64,000 nucleotides of DNA from a virus, in IMG/VR virus record IMGVR_UViG_3300045974_000399, positions 1 through 64,000 of that record, one strand, 5' to 3'. The notes under the pieces are model-generated. The model had not been told where the DNA came from. It ran no database searches and saw nothing but the letters and a program-made list of their open reading frames with translations. The position numbers and the translations under genes are program-made. Position 1 is the first letter of the stretch, and each line of letters opens with the position of its first letter. Shown here one piece after another: positions 39,049 to 49,700 of the stretch.

Positions 39049-39082
39049 ACACTCCTCCAGCACACGGCAAATTGATAGTGAG

Positions 39083-39115
39083 AAAGGGTGAGTGATATGA
39101 CGTCACTCACCCTTT
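39083..39115 (-). terminator. terminator after major capsid gene
   Basis: aaagggtgagtga/tcactcacccttt 13-bp stem. Confidence 0.75.
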
Positions 39116-39153
39116 TTGGAGCAAAACCGATTCATCCACGTTGTAGCACAGGC

Positions 39154-40248
39154 TTAAATTTTCTGGCCTTTCGCTACGGACCGGGCATTGGCGATGACGA
39201 GGGAGAGGCTCTCGCTCATGAACCAGCCGCGGGTGTTACGGCCCTGGAGGGCGCCGTCAATCGGGGTGGACTCAACGCCACCACGGGTGGTGAACTGACC
39301 ATGATTCTGCTGGGCGCCGACGATGTAGATTTCACCCGTTCCGAGAACCTGGAGTTCCGGAGCGCGGTAGCCGTCGGTGACGAGCCGCATGCCGAGGAGG
39401 GTTCCGAGCTCGCCGTTCAGCACGAGGTCGAACTTGGTGACCGGATCAAGCATGGACATGAACTCGCTGTTGCCAACAATGTCATTCCAGTAGTCGTAGG
39501 AGAGCAGACAGGTCGTTGCCGGAATTTTCCATTTTGCAACTTCGTTCCGAAGCGAGGTAAGGGTTGTCGGGGTCAGGGCGCCGGCGATGTATTTGATGAA
39601 GTTCGAGGAGCCTACGGTGGCGTCCGCAGCACGTTTCCAGAGACGATCTTCGGTGGTCATGATGGCCTGGAGGCCTTCGGTGTACTTCTCGTCCAGGATG
39701 TCCGAAGAGATCTGGTCGATATCTCGGTTTTCAACTTCGATGTTGGCATCGACGTAGAATTCCGGCGGGTACATCATGCGCTCACGGACGAGCTGGGGGA
39801 GAACCATGGCGGCGCTGGTTGCCATTACGGCAACAACGTTGTTAACCCGCATTCTGCAGCGAGCTACTTCGCCCTGATTGAGCTGCTCTTCAATCAGGAG
39901 GTTCCGCATGAAACCCTCACGCTGGCCGGATTCTTCGATCTTGGCAGCGAGAGCCATGCCGAGTTTCTGCCACTTGGTGCCGGTGCGGTCGTTGAAAGCA
40001 GCGGCGAGTACTTCACGGTGCATACGACGGTTGGTGTCGCTGGTCTTGCGGACGATTTCACCACGGCTACTGGCAGTTACCAGCTTGGCGATCTGGCCGA
40101 GCATGTCCTTGTCGGAAGTTGCGTTGAGGGTCCCGTCACTGGCAATAGCGGCTTCGCGGGAATCACCCAGCTTGAGGTCCTGAATTTCAGCGCCCGATGC
40201 GAGTGTAAACGTAACACCAGCATAAGGGTTCTTTTTCTGAGTTTTCAT
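39154..40248 (-). CDS. major capsid protein
   Basis: 364 aa; strongly biased GC-rich codons; follows scaffold and decoration genes; GELGTLLGM..GEIYIVG HK97-type C-terminal pattern. Confidence 0.85.
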   Translation of the reverse strand: MKTQKKNPYAGVTFTLASGAEIQDLKLGDSREAAIASDGTLNATSDKDMLGQIAKLVTASSRGEIVRKTSDTNRRMHREVLAAAFNDRTGTKWQKLGMALAAKIEESGQREGFMRNLLIEEQLNQGEVARCRMRVNNVVAVMATSAAMVLPQLVRERMMYPPEFYVDANIEVENRDIDQISSDILDEKYTEGLQAIMTTEDRLWKRAADATVGSSNFIKYIAGALTPTTLTSLRNEVAKWKIPATTCLLSYDYWNDIVGNSEFMSMLDPVTKFDLVLNGELGTLLGMRLVTDGYRAPELQVLGTGEIYIVGAQQNHGQFTTRGGVESTPIDGALQGRNTRGWFMSESLSLVIANARSVAKGQKI

Positions 40249-40311
40249 GCGTCCATTCTCCTTTGGTTATTTTGGCGTAACGTTGAATTAAGCTTGGCAG
40301 TTCAGTTCAGA

Positions 40312-41031
40312 TTAACCGCTGTACGGCCCGAAGCCGATGGTGAGGAATGCCGACCCGAGCGCCGGGATGGACAGGATGTTGGCGTTCTTCAGTTCGGTCC
40401 CGCCGGATTTGAGGGTGAACATGCCGCTGCCGCCCAGGTAGATGGGCCCGCCAGCTGCCCAGTTGTCACTGGAGTCGTACTGGTCAGTTGCCACGTCGCC
40501 GTCAACGATAACGCCGACCACGCCAAGAGAAGATGCACCGGTAACGCCGCCCACCGGGCCGTTGCCCTGGATCTGGATTGCTTCGGTTACGGTCGGAGTG
40601 TAACGGTACTGCACAGACAGGGTTTTGGTGTTGCTGGGTGAACCGGTATCAGAGGTATTCAGTTCGATGACGCCGGTGAGCAGGGTAATTTTGTATTTGC
40701 CTGCGTCAACGGAACCGGTGGTGGCCGTAAGCTTCGTGCCGTCAAGAAGAACCAGAATCTGGCCGGAGATGACATTGCCACGGTTGAGGGTTACGCTGGC
40801 ATCGCCAGCAAGGGTAAACGAGTCGATGCGAGCGATGCTGTCGGGAACCTGGGTCTGGGACAGACTGATACCTGCGAACTTTTCGCCGGAAATCCCACCA
40901 GCAGGCTTAACTTTGCCAACGCCGTTTTCGAGGACATAAACCAGGGCGACGCCCTCGTTCTTGATGTCGTAGCCCAGTGCTACATCCCGGTGAAGGGAGT
41001 TCCGGATCCGAGTACTCTGCTGTTTAATCAT
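40312..41031 (-). CDS. capsid decoration/stabilisation protein
   Basis: immediately upstream of MCP; FAGIS..GVIVDG..IYLGGSG; highly biased codons. Confidence 0.7.
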   Translation of the reverse strand: MIKQQSTRIRNSLHRDVALGYDIKNEGVALVYVLENGVGKVKPAGGISGEKFAGISLSQTQVPDSIARIDSFTLAGDASVTLNRGNVISGQILVLLDGTKLTATTGSVDAGKYKITLLTGVIELNTSDTGSPSNTKTLSVQYRYTPTVTEAIQIQGNGPVGGVTGASSLGVVGVIVDGDVATDQYDSSDNWAAGGPIYLGGSGMFTLKSGGTELKNANILSIPALGSAFLTIGFGPYSG

Positions 41032-41066
41032 CGTGCTTCTCCTTTTGTGTGATGTACTTCAGGGTG

Positions 41067-42770
41067 TTATAGCGATTTCATCACTGCGCCCAGATCGGTA
41101 TCGAACGAGCTGGCCGAGGCTGTTTCCTCATGAAGAGGATGATTTCCGCGCGAGAAAGAGCTGAAAGGCACTGCCGTTGTTTCCATCTGACTGGCCAGCG
41201 CTTCAGACACACTTTCGGGTTCTTCATCTTCGGACTCAACTACGTCCATATAGTTGGTTCCGGCGATTGCTTGCGAGAGTTCGATACGAACCGCTCGGGG
41301 TTTCGCGTGAAGTTCAGACGCTTTGTCGACCAGGGTCTGACAGAAAGCTTCAGCGGTTTCCTTGAAACAGCGGTCCATGATGCGTTCCGGGGAAGGAATA
41401 CCAAGAGCACTGAGCTCCTGCCACATCTTCACCTTGAGCGGATTTACCACGTCCGCGAAAAATCCGCGGTTGATGCCGGCAGCGGCTAGACACATTGCCG
41501 AAGAGAAATCCTTGGCAAGAGCTTCAGACTGTTTCCGGTAGTCAGCTTTTACGGAAGCGGTTTCAGCTTCCACCTGGCTGGCGATGAGACTGCGAATGGG
41601 TGCCTGGATAACAAAGGGAGTGAATCCAATGCCGAGCAGCCCTTTGACGCCGTCACTGGCAAGAACAGCATTGGCTACTTTGGCAAACGCCTCGGTGTGG
41701 AAAATGGCCTTGTTGTTTCCAGCAGAGGCTTCGGTGATATAAGCTACCGGCTGAATGCCGACGGCCGCGATCCAACGTTTTGCACCTGTTGACGAGCAGG
41801 AGTATTCCACGGAGGTAACGTCGCCATCTTCCGCCAGGGTATCATTCACCATGTCGATGTCCACGGAACCTTCGTCATTGATGTAGTAAGCATCATCCGC
41901 CGAAGCTTCTTCAACTACTTCTTCGTCGTCCCCTGCGTCCTCATCGGCGTCGTCCTCGTCACCGAGATCTTCATCGGCGTCGTCCTCAATTACTTCCTCG
42001 TCATCCGAAGCTTCTTCGGCGTCGTCCTCATCCTCGTCCGGAAGCTCGATGTCTGCATCATCATCGCCTGCTTCTTCAGAGTCAACGTCTTCGGCGTCGT
42101 CTTCGTCGACTTCGTCCTCGGTATCCCCGTCAACGTCCGCGTCCGCGTCTTCATCATCCGCGTCTTCGTCATCTTCGGTTACTACCTCTTCATCACCCTC
42201 GTCTTCGTCAGCGGCTTCGTCTTCATCGCTGTCGTCTTCGTCGGCATCCCCGGCGTCTTCGTCTTCGTCAGAGTCATCTTCCTCTGCTTCGACGTCTTCG
42301 TCCTCGTCCTCGTCCGAAGATTCGGTTACAACCAGATCCCCAGAGTTGGAAGCTTGCGCCAGCTGAAGTTCCTCGGAGGAGGGCATCTGCAACTCTATCT
42401 GCTCGTAGGACGCGGCTTCAATACCCGAGCCACAAAGCAGACAATTTTCCAGCTTCTTTTCCGTCAGTACGACTTCGGCGCACTCACTGCACTCTGCGGT
42501 ATAGGCACGGATGCCTTCTCCGCCTTCCCCATCAGAAGCGAGAACCAGCCCGAGTTCCTTCTTGAGGACCCTTGCATGCTCGACGCCCAGCTTGGGGTCA
42601 AAGAACTGCACGTCTGCCAAGGGGTTAACTGCATAAACCCCATTGTCAGAGCTAACGATGAGCTGCCGCGACTTGCCCATGATGACCTGAGCAAACGATA
42701 CAGCCGCCTCATTCAGTGTTCCGCCGACCGCAGATACACCTCTGAATTTAAGCGCGGTCTTCTGTTTCAT
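41067..42770 (-). CDS. prohead scaffold/core protein with Zn ribbon and very acidic linker
   Basis: CSEC..CLLC; ~150-residue D/E-rich run; AAAGGAG RBS; upstream of capsid genes. Confidence 0.7.
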   Translation of the reverse strand: MKQKTALKFRGVSAVGGTLNEAAVSFAQVIMGKSRQLIVSSDNGVYAVNPLADVQFFDPKLGVEHARVLKKELGLVLASDGEGGEGIRAYTAECSECAEVVLTEKKLENCLLCGSGIEAASYEQIELQMPSSEELQLAQASNSGDLVVTESSDEDEDEDVEAEEDDSDEDEDAGDADEDDSDEDEAADEDEGDEEVVTEDDEDADDEDADADVDGDTEDEVDEDDAEDVDSEEAGDDDADIELPDEDEDDAEEASDDEEVIEDDADEDLGDEDDADEDAGDDEEVVEEASADDAYYINDEGSVDIDMVNDTLAEDGDVTSVEYSCSSTGAKRWIAAVGIQPVAYITEASAGNNKAIFHTEAFAKVANAVLASDGVKGLLGIGFTPFVIQAPIRSLIASQVEAETASVKADYRKQSEALAKDFSSAMCLAAAGINRGFFADVVNPLKVKMWQELSALGIPSPERIMDRCFKETAEAFCQTLVDKASELHAKPRAVRIELSQAIAGTNYMDVVESEDEEPESVSEALASQMETTAVPFSSFSRGNHPLHEETASASSFDTDLGAVMKSL

Positions 42771-42903
42771 ACGGTACTCTCCTTTCACAACGGTTTGGAT
42801 TGATGTAGCTCGGTGAATCTACAAATAGGTTTGCTGCGACGGTAACCTTATAAAACAATTACACTTAATTATAATCACCAAGTAAAATATCTACAGATAA
42901 GTG

Positions 42904-42934
42904 TAGGCCGTCTAGTGCGGGACTAGACGGCCTA
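42904..42934 (-). terminator. stem-loop upstream of the scaffold-capsid operon
   Basis: taggccgtctagt/actagacggccta 13-bp stem. Confidence 0.6.
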
Positions 42935-42965
42935 TATCCAAGTATACTCATGCTACCTAGCAATA

Positions 42966-43349
42966 TTACACTTTAGTAACATTTGGTTCCAGAGCAGATA
43001 TATCTATTGCGTACCCTTCTAGCAGTAATGCTAGGTTTTTTAACCGGGTGGCACGTATCCGATTAATCTTGTTTGTTACCCGGACAAGAGCCTTAGGGTT
43101 TATCTGACTAGATACGCTGGCAAGATACCTATCGAAAGAAGCATTGAGTAAGGTTTTACCAGCATCCAGTATTCTCGCGGTTATGACGGAAGCGTCTATC
43201 TCTGGAAATACTGTCAAGGTAAACAAAGGCTTTTCTGGCTTTACCTCTGTAATAGTATCCTCAGCATCGTCTGTTTCAATGACCTCAGACTCGTCTACAA
43301 CTGTGTCTTCAGTGTCATCTGCAATTACCACAGCATTAACTTTACGCAT
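42966..43349 (-). CDS. hypothetical head-region protein
   Basis: GGGGGA RBS; MRKVNAVVIA leader. Confidence 0.6.
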   Translation of the reverse strand: MRKVNAVVIADDTEDTVVDESEVIETDDAEDTITEVKPEKPLFTLTVFPEIDASVITARILDAGKTLLNASFDRYLASVSSQINPKALVRVTNKINRIRATRLKNLALLLEGYAIDISALEPNVTKV

Positions 43350-43360
43350 CTCATCCCCCT

Positions 43361-43666
43361 TTATAGGCGTATACCCGCGATATCCTGCTCTATTTCATCG
43401 ACAAGTTGTAAGCAGTCTGCTCTTACTTCCTTGCTTACGCTATCGCTGAGTTTAGAGAAAGCCGCGGTTATTGTTGTTACCTGCTTAATTGAGTATACCT
43501 TACCGAGTGCCCCAAGAACTTCTTCCTCGACCTCAGATATTACTTCGGTTACTAAACCGATTAACCCATTACAGAGGTCATCTGTGCTACCAAAGGTAGG
43601 TAGAGATGTAAGATAAATACCGGTGTCTCCTCCTGCGGTCTCTTCTACAACTTGCGTCTTACGCAT
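43361..43666 (-). CDS. hypothetical head-region protein
   Basis: AAGGAG RBS; MRKTQVVEETA leader. Confidence 0.6.
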   Translation of the reverse strand: MRKTQVVEETAGGDTGIYLTSLPTFGSTDDLCNGLIGLVTEVISEVEEEVLGALGKVYSIKQVTTITAAFSKLSDSVSKEVRADCLQLVDEIEQDIAGIRL

Positions 43667-43683
43667 AACTGGCTCCTTGTATG

Positions 43684-44583
43684 TTATTTAAGCTCAAAAT
43701 CAATCTGCAACAGTGCCGCGGAATTACCAGAAGCCAGACGTATTCGGTCAAGGATGGATTTTACTCCAGCTTCTTCTTCAACCTGCTCACGGACGTACCA
43801 CTCCAGGAATATGCAGGTGGCAGCGTCAGTTTCCCTAGCCAGGAAATAAAGGTCGCTTATCTTACGAGTAATCATCTTCTCGTGCTGTAATGCAGCCATG
43901 AAAAACTCTTCGAGACTACATGGAGCGGTAACGATGGCTGGTTGCTCAGGTATGAAGACCATCCATTGTTTATCGAGCAGAAACTTGAACATCCCATCTG
44001 CGTGCTTTATCTCCTCCGAGTACTTATCCTTGAAAAACTTCTCGGTTCCAAATAGCCCTCGATTGTTTGCTACTCCGCTAAGCACCCAGTATAAGTTAGC
44101 AGATGCTATTTCGAGGCCAACCTGGAGATTGAGAAGATTGAGCAGCTCAACATTCGTGGGCGTGATATCCACAGTACACCCACACGGGTTGTATCCTTTT
44201 CCCATTCCTTCAGGGGGATTTAAGAATGGATTATCCAAAACAGGTTCCGGAGGTGCTGGCTCGGTCTCACAAACTGGAGCAGTGCACTCAGGAGCTGGCT
44301 CACATACAGGAGCAGGTTCAGGACAAGTCTCACAAACTGGAGCAGGTTCAGGGTAGGGCACGTTATCAGTTATGAGTTCCTCGGGGACTACAGCCGCAGG
44401 TGTCTCAATTACTTCCAGCCTTTCAGAAGCCTCCCGTAGCTCGTCCAGTGAAATCGGTCTTAAGCTTAGCGCTCCATCCTGCTCTGGGATATCACCCATG
44501 CTTGTAGGAGCAGTAACGAATACCTCTGCAGAGGAAAACTCTGCATCTCCGTATAAACCTTGCAGTATTGCTTTCTTCATCAT
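43684..44583 (-). CDS. non-heme ferritin with long N-terminal Pro/Glu/Cys-rich extension
   Basis: LNLQVGLE..LY, EEIKH, ALQHE, FLEWYVREQVEEE ferroxidase ligands. Confidence 0.9.
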   Translation of the reverse strand: MMKKAILQGLYGDAEFSSAEVFVTAPTSMGDIPEQDGALSLRPISLDELREASERLEVIETPAAVVPEELITDNVPYPEPAPVCETCPEPAPVCEPAPECTAPVCETEPAPPEPVLDNPFLNPPEGMGKGYNPCGCTVDITPTNVELLNLLNLQVGLEIASANLYWVLSGVANNRGLFGTEKFFKDKYSEEIKHADGMFKFLLDKQWMVFIPEQPAIVTAPCSLEEFFMAALQHEKMITRKISDLYFLARETDAATCIFLEWYVREQVEEEAGVKSILDRIRLASGNSAALLQIDFELK

Positions 44584-44589
44584 GCACCC

Positions 44590-44994
44590 CTATTTCTTCT
44601 GTGATAGTATTACTTCGTATATGAGGTTTGACAGGATCTTTCCCTGCTCAAGTAGCTTCTTATTACCTTTTGCGGCAGCCAGATTTATCAGTACGCCTGA
44701 CTGTCTGTATCTCCTGGCTACATCCACTTTATCCCGATGTTCCAAGTAGTTTATTATTTGGTTCCGTTGAAAATCCGTAAGCTTTTTTAGGTCTTTCGGT
44801 AGATCTACTTCAGGTAGTACATCAGATATCTCGTAGCTGAGTATTGGGGTTGCCCATGCTTCTGTGAATGTCTTCTGGGCAACGTTGGACCAAGGCTTAC
44901 CCCTTCGATCATAGAGGTCTTTGGCCCATTCTAAAACTTTGGCCCGAGTATACCCCTGTCTTTTAAGCTGGAGTATTTTGTCGTACAGCTTCAT
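44590..44994 (-). CDS. hypothetical protein (N-terminal domain shared with 57314-58198)
   Basis: GAGG RBS; ILxLKxxG..W..F..W. Confidence 0.6.
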   Translation of the reverse strand: MKLYDKILQLKRQGYTRAKVLEWAKDLYDRRGKPWSNVAQKTFTEAWATPILSYEISDVLPEVDLPKDLKKLTDFQRNQIINYLEHRDKVDVARRYRQSGVLINLAAAKGNKKLLEQGKILSNLIYEVILSQKK

Positions 44995-45004
44995 AAGCGC
45001 CTCG

Positions 45005-45439
45005 TCATCCTGTTATTTTTAGAACTTTGAGGGCTATCGGGAAGATAAATGACTCGCCCCACGGAATCTCTTTTTCTGTGAGCTTGAAGGGTGGCAGCCC
45101 ATAACGCGCTAAGATGTCTGGAAGAAAATCCTTCTCGAATATCTCCCAAAATCCGTAGATAATCCCAAGCTTTACCCCGAACTTCCTAATGCTAGTGGCA
45201 AGGGTTTCAGCTACATCCTTAAGGTCTACTCTACTTAAGGTATTTTCAGCTATTTCAACCATGGCCTTATACTTTATTTCCTTAGTGGGAAACTTCTTGA
45301 CCATGTACTCCCATATCTTAGGGAGAGCTTTAGCAAGGGCCAGGATAATGAATTTCTTTGCATTGTTAAGAAGTAGCTGCTTGACTTGAATGCTAAGAGC
45401 AACCTCTTTATGAGTATACGTACACCTTGCTACACGCAT
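45005..45439 (-). CDS. hypothetical protein
   Basis: GGAGGA RBS. Confidence 0.6.
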   Translation of the reverse strand: MRVARCTYTHKEVALSIQVKQLLLNNAKKFIILALAKALPKIWEYMVKKFPTKEIKYKAMVEIAENTLSRVDLKDVAETLATSIRKFGVKLGIIYGFWEIFEKDFLPDILARYGLPPFKLTEKEIPWGESFIFPIALKVLKITG

Positions 45440-45450
45440 CTGGATTCCTC

Positions 45451-45876
45451 CTATATTTCCCCTCGGTAAGGTGGAAATAGCATACTGGGGGTCTTAGCTT
45501 CATACTCAGGGAGAACGTCATCTTCCTTTGGCTTCATTTTCTTCTTTGCTTCAAGCTCAACTATCAGATCCCTAGGCATGTCTCGTATTTCATCTTCATG
45601 CAATGCCCCACAAAATAGCTTTACTTTAATCTGTCTAGCAACGTCACGGGTCTCAACAGGCAGTTCTACATCCATATCATCGTCTACTCTGCCCAAAGGC
45701 CGAATACGATTTTTATTTCTGAGGTTACCTTTTTTTGTTGTAGGAAAATCTTTAACGTCATACTTAGCGTTATCGTTAGACGGGAGATCTCCATTGGACG
45801 GTGTGTTATTAAACGCGGGACGAGGAACCATTGGAGTAGGGGTGTTATACGCTATAACTACCGAGATTATACGCAT
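45451..45876 (-). CDS. hypothetical protein
   Basis: GGAG RBS; MRIISVVIA leader. Confidence 0.6.
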   Translation of the reverse strand: MRIISVVIAYNTPTPMVPRPAFNNTPSNGDLPSNDNAKYDVKDFPTTKKGNLRNKNRIRPLGRVDDDMDVELPVETRDVARQIKVKLFCGALHEDEIRDMPRDLIVELEAKKKMKPKEDDVLPEYEAKTPSMLFPPYRGEI

Positions 45877-45915
45877 GCTAGACTCCGAAGCCAGAGGGCA
45901 TCATAATTGACTATA

Positions 45916-45925
45916 CCTAAAATTA
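45916..45925 (-). promoter_or_regulatory. putative late promoter motif TAATTTTAGG
   Basis: identical to 56589-56598. Confidence 0.5.
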
Positions 45926-46114
45926 TAAACTTTCCGTTTTTTCTTTCAGACCAAACTTCTTGTTAGTAGGGTTAACCCAATAGCTATCTGGGTTACTAAT
46001 CCAGTCATAATACTCGGTCATTGTAACATCTATTAAGTCGGACGCCTTAGAAAGTGCCGAAGTAACCCTGCCCTGTATCTCACCGGTAGTCAAGTCAAAT
46101 TTTAAGCAGTACAT
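45923..46114 (-). CDS. small fibre-associated protein
   Basis: AGGAGA RBS; last gene of the fibre cassette. Confidence 0.5.
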   Translation of the reverse strand: MYCLKFDLTTGEIQGRVTSALSKASDLIDVTMTEYYDWISNPDSYWVNPTNKKFGLKEKTESL

Positions 46115-46122
46115 GTTTTCTC

Positions 46123-46722
46123 CTAAGGATCAAAGTGTATGGGATCTGCACCCAGTTTATAAACAAGCGCATTTATCTGGTAAAATCGCCTAAGCGTAAT
46201 AATCGGATTGTTTATCAGAGTAAAGGTATCCCAGTACAATGCCTTATACAATCCTGCTGGCCTAGGTGTAGAAAAATTTACCCAGTCTATTGTCTTGGTT
46301 AGATACGCATAATTGTGAGAGACATGGGTATACGCCAGCATGTATATGTTACCATTCACAAATATGTTAGGGCATGAACCAAACATATCAGGCAATTGCC
46401 TCTTCTCAAGCGGCTCCTCACTACTCATATCCACCTTCATCAGGTAAAACTTAGTATTTAAGGAATATATAACCGTCCAGACTTTTGGGCTTAGCTTCGC
46501 CCAAACCATGCCTCCATATAAGCCTTGACCCATATAGTAGTCTAGACCAGCACTAGTGTCAAGTGCGTCTTGTGCCGTAACAGGTTCATACTTCTGTACC
46601 TTTGAGCGCAATGAGAAGTAATCTAGGTTTTTTAGTACCCAAATCTTTCGGTTGTCGCTAGTGCCATAGTCTCTACAGTCTACCGCCAGACCACCTGGCC
46701 CTGAGATACGTCTCTGGAACAT
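46123..46722 (-). CDS. hypothetical fibre-cassette protein
   Basis: 199-aa ORF. Confidence 0.6.
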   Translation of the reverse strand: MFQRRISGPGGLAVDCRDYGTSDNRKIWVLKNLDYFSLRSKVQKYEPVTAQDALDTSAGLDYYMGQGLYGGMVWAKLSPKVWTVIYSLNTKFYLMKVDMSSEEPLEKRQLPDMFGSCPNIFVNGNIYMLAYTHVSHNYAYLTKTIDWVNFSTPRPAGLYKALYWDTFTLINNPIITLRRFYQINALVYKLGADPIHFDP

Positions 46723-46726
46723 AAAA

Positions 46727-49700
46727 TCACCATGACCTTAGTAAATAAACATACGCCATGTAAAAATCTTTGTTCGCGTCACTTCTACTGAAATAGATAC
46801 GACCAAGGAGTTCATCAAATATAACCACATTCGTCTGTAAAGTATTAGAGTATATATCCGTGATGCTAACAGCTGACGCAGGGGACAGTATCGAAAACTT
46901 ATCCCCGACACTGGGTGTAGACGAGAATGGGTCGCAGGTGAATAGCTTAAGAGTGCTATCGTAAGCAATTATCTTTCGTGTCTCACCATTCCACTTAAGG
47001 TAATTGCCTAGGTAGAAATTATACCCTTTTGCTACCTCTGTAGAGTCAGTTATAATTGATCCGGAGTCTATAACAGCTGATATGTTCTGATTCAACAGAT
47101 AGTCGGTTAAGTATGCGTGATACCCTGTTGACTTATCTAAGAAATAAAATTCAGAGTCACCACCAAAATCAGCACGAAGCCACTTGTCCATGTGTAATGC
47201 TCTAGCTTCTATAGTGGTATAGGGTATCCAACTTACTGTTCCTGAGTTTATCTTGAAATTATTAAACCGTGTAGCAGTAGATGGAGTAGAACAATATATA
47301 TTTACCCTCATGTCATTCCATACTTGCATCGTAGTTATACTAAATGATACCCAAGCTGAACTGGTGCTATTCCAGTAGTAACCTGTGAATATATTGGATG
47401 ACCTAGCTAGTCTGAACTTGGTTGTTGTATCCGCAGTAACTACCTGAGTACCTACCTGAGATCCAGAAGCTAACCACTGATAAAAGGTAAACCGATGATT
47501 CTGTAGAAATACCCCAATAGCATATCCCGTCTTGACGTCTACAACCCTTAGACCAGACCAGTTAGTGGTTCCATCATTAGAAATGCTAGGAACGTCTATC
47601 TGAATATCGAAGTCACCTTCCAAGCTATACACACTAGTACAAGACGCGGTCTGCCCTGCAGTAAACTGGAGAGCTCCGGCAGTTAGCAGTGGGGCAGTAC
47701 CTGAAGTTGTCCATCTTGAGGTATTCGGCACTTGACCTGTACTGTCAGTAAAGTACTCATCCCCAGGTTCTACGTTCTGTGTTGACTGCGTCACAAGATC
47801 ATAGGTTTCAAACATCTGACGGGCATCCGCAAAGTAACTGACAAGTCTAACCCCTGTTAGGTATTGCTGGTTGTCTTTTATGAAACCATTCTTAACCGCG
47901 CCAAACTCATACCGGTCGGTATTGGCAAACGTTAGATTTTCATTCAGTGGGTTGGGCTGACAGCGTATCTGGATCTCATCAAACATATCCTGCCAATCAG
48001 CATGAACAGGTCGGCCACGCATTGTAAGCATGTTGGAAGTCCAGTCTACTCTAACCCACTTTTCGTAAACGGTATCCCAAGAGTATCTAGAGTAGTCCAT
48101 CTCGTGGTGACTGTTAGGGTACCCCTTCCAATCGTTGTAACTATTACCGGACCACCACGTGCCATGACCAAAAGCGATGATATGCTTCTTATTGATTACC
48201 CCTGTAGCCATCCGAGCACCCTCATTGTATGAAGATAAAGGCAGTGGGTACTGCTGACAAGCCCATGTAACCAGGGTAGGCTCATACACATATATTCTAT
48301 CCACTTTTATGCTATCATTATTACTTCCCTGATACTCATCATATGCGGTGGTTGTGCTGTTGTCGAATAGGAAAGCTGAGGTAAAGGTTTGGTCAGGGTT
48401 ATCATGAAAGTACCCACACCGAGTTGAAGTATTGTTTACATGTGGCCGTTGACTGAGAATGGTAAAGTCGGCAGGGTCAATTGTAACCATCTTGGTCTGA
48501 CCAATAACGTGTAGATAGTTGTCTATTGTCCGTATAACTGAACCTGCTCGGCTAACACGCCTGCAGTCATTTACTACCTTGGTGGTAAGATTTATGTAGT
48601 TTACTCGTTTGTCTACCTCACCAATGTTTACCCGATAGTCTAATACTTTGAACTCGTATCCTTTTTCGTGAGATTGATCTTTCAAGAAAGCAGCAATTCC
48701 CACATATAGGTCACCCGCTATAGTCTGAGTGCTGGTACCAATATTTGTCCAAGTACAATCACCATCAGGAACATATAACTCATCCAGACTGTAAAAAGCT
48801 TGTACCACGTTCGCCGAATCTCGGGTAAGCTTGAGATGTATAACTTGGAGCGTGTTAGAAGTCCTGACCGAAGGGTCCTCATAGTGAAGCTCTATACTTG
48901 ATAAGCATCCAGGATAACTCCCAGGATTATGATAGAAAGAGTCATACGCAGATAGACGATAGTAAGAATATGCGTCCACGTTGTTGAAATATCTGTAATT
49001 CGTGAATCCTGCTGTAGTAGGCTCCCACTCTTGCGAAGCAACAGAATCCAGGGTTACCCAGGTTGTTCCATCCATACTACCTGACAAGGTCCAGGAATAC
49101 AGCTGATAGCTACCTGACCTATCAGTAGGGTTAACCAAAGCGTACTTGTTTATTACCGTAGGAGCGTTAAATTTCCACTGTGTATACCCACCTGTGCTGT
49201 TAACCTGCCAGTAGTCGTTATTAGACGTCCAGGCGTTTGCAGGACCAGACAGATTACCTGAGTTATAGGCACCATTAGCTGTGATGGCTAAATTCGAGGT
49301 ATTAACAAGGCCGCTCTTAACTACCGCTGTAGCATCGGTAGTTGATACTCCAGATACGGTAGACAATGCCTCTGCCACCATCTGGGTGCCTACCCTGTTC
49401 ATAAGCACGGATTTATGCGTGTAGTTATTATTGGTGGGCGTAGGTATCGCTACTAAGCCAATACGCTGGTTTAGGTGCCGGGCATCGTACTTTAAGGCCA
49501 TTGTAACTTCAAAGGGGCCTGAGCGAAGACGCTGCGCCAAGAAGGTAGGGTGAAAGACAGTTCCTCCTATATTTCCACCGTTAGGCTGAATATATAGACT
49601 ACTATCAGCCATACGAAAGAATCCACACCGATGCTGTATCAAAGACCAGTTATTTACTGTATAGGCGTTGAAGTTGGCAATACCGTTGAACTGACTTCGG

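Noticed and set aside
39088-40641. 517-aa + strand ORF
   Set aside because: Antisense shadow of the capsid and decoration genes caused by codon bias; no recognisable motifs
41890-42320. Repeated tcgtcttc/tcggcgtcgtcctc units and a Ser-rich + strand ORF
   Set aside because: Reverse complement of the Asp/Glu-rich scaffold linker
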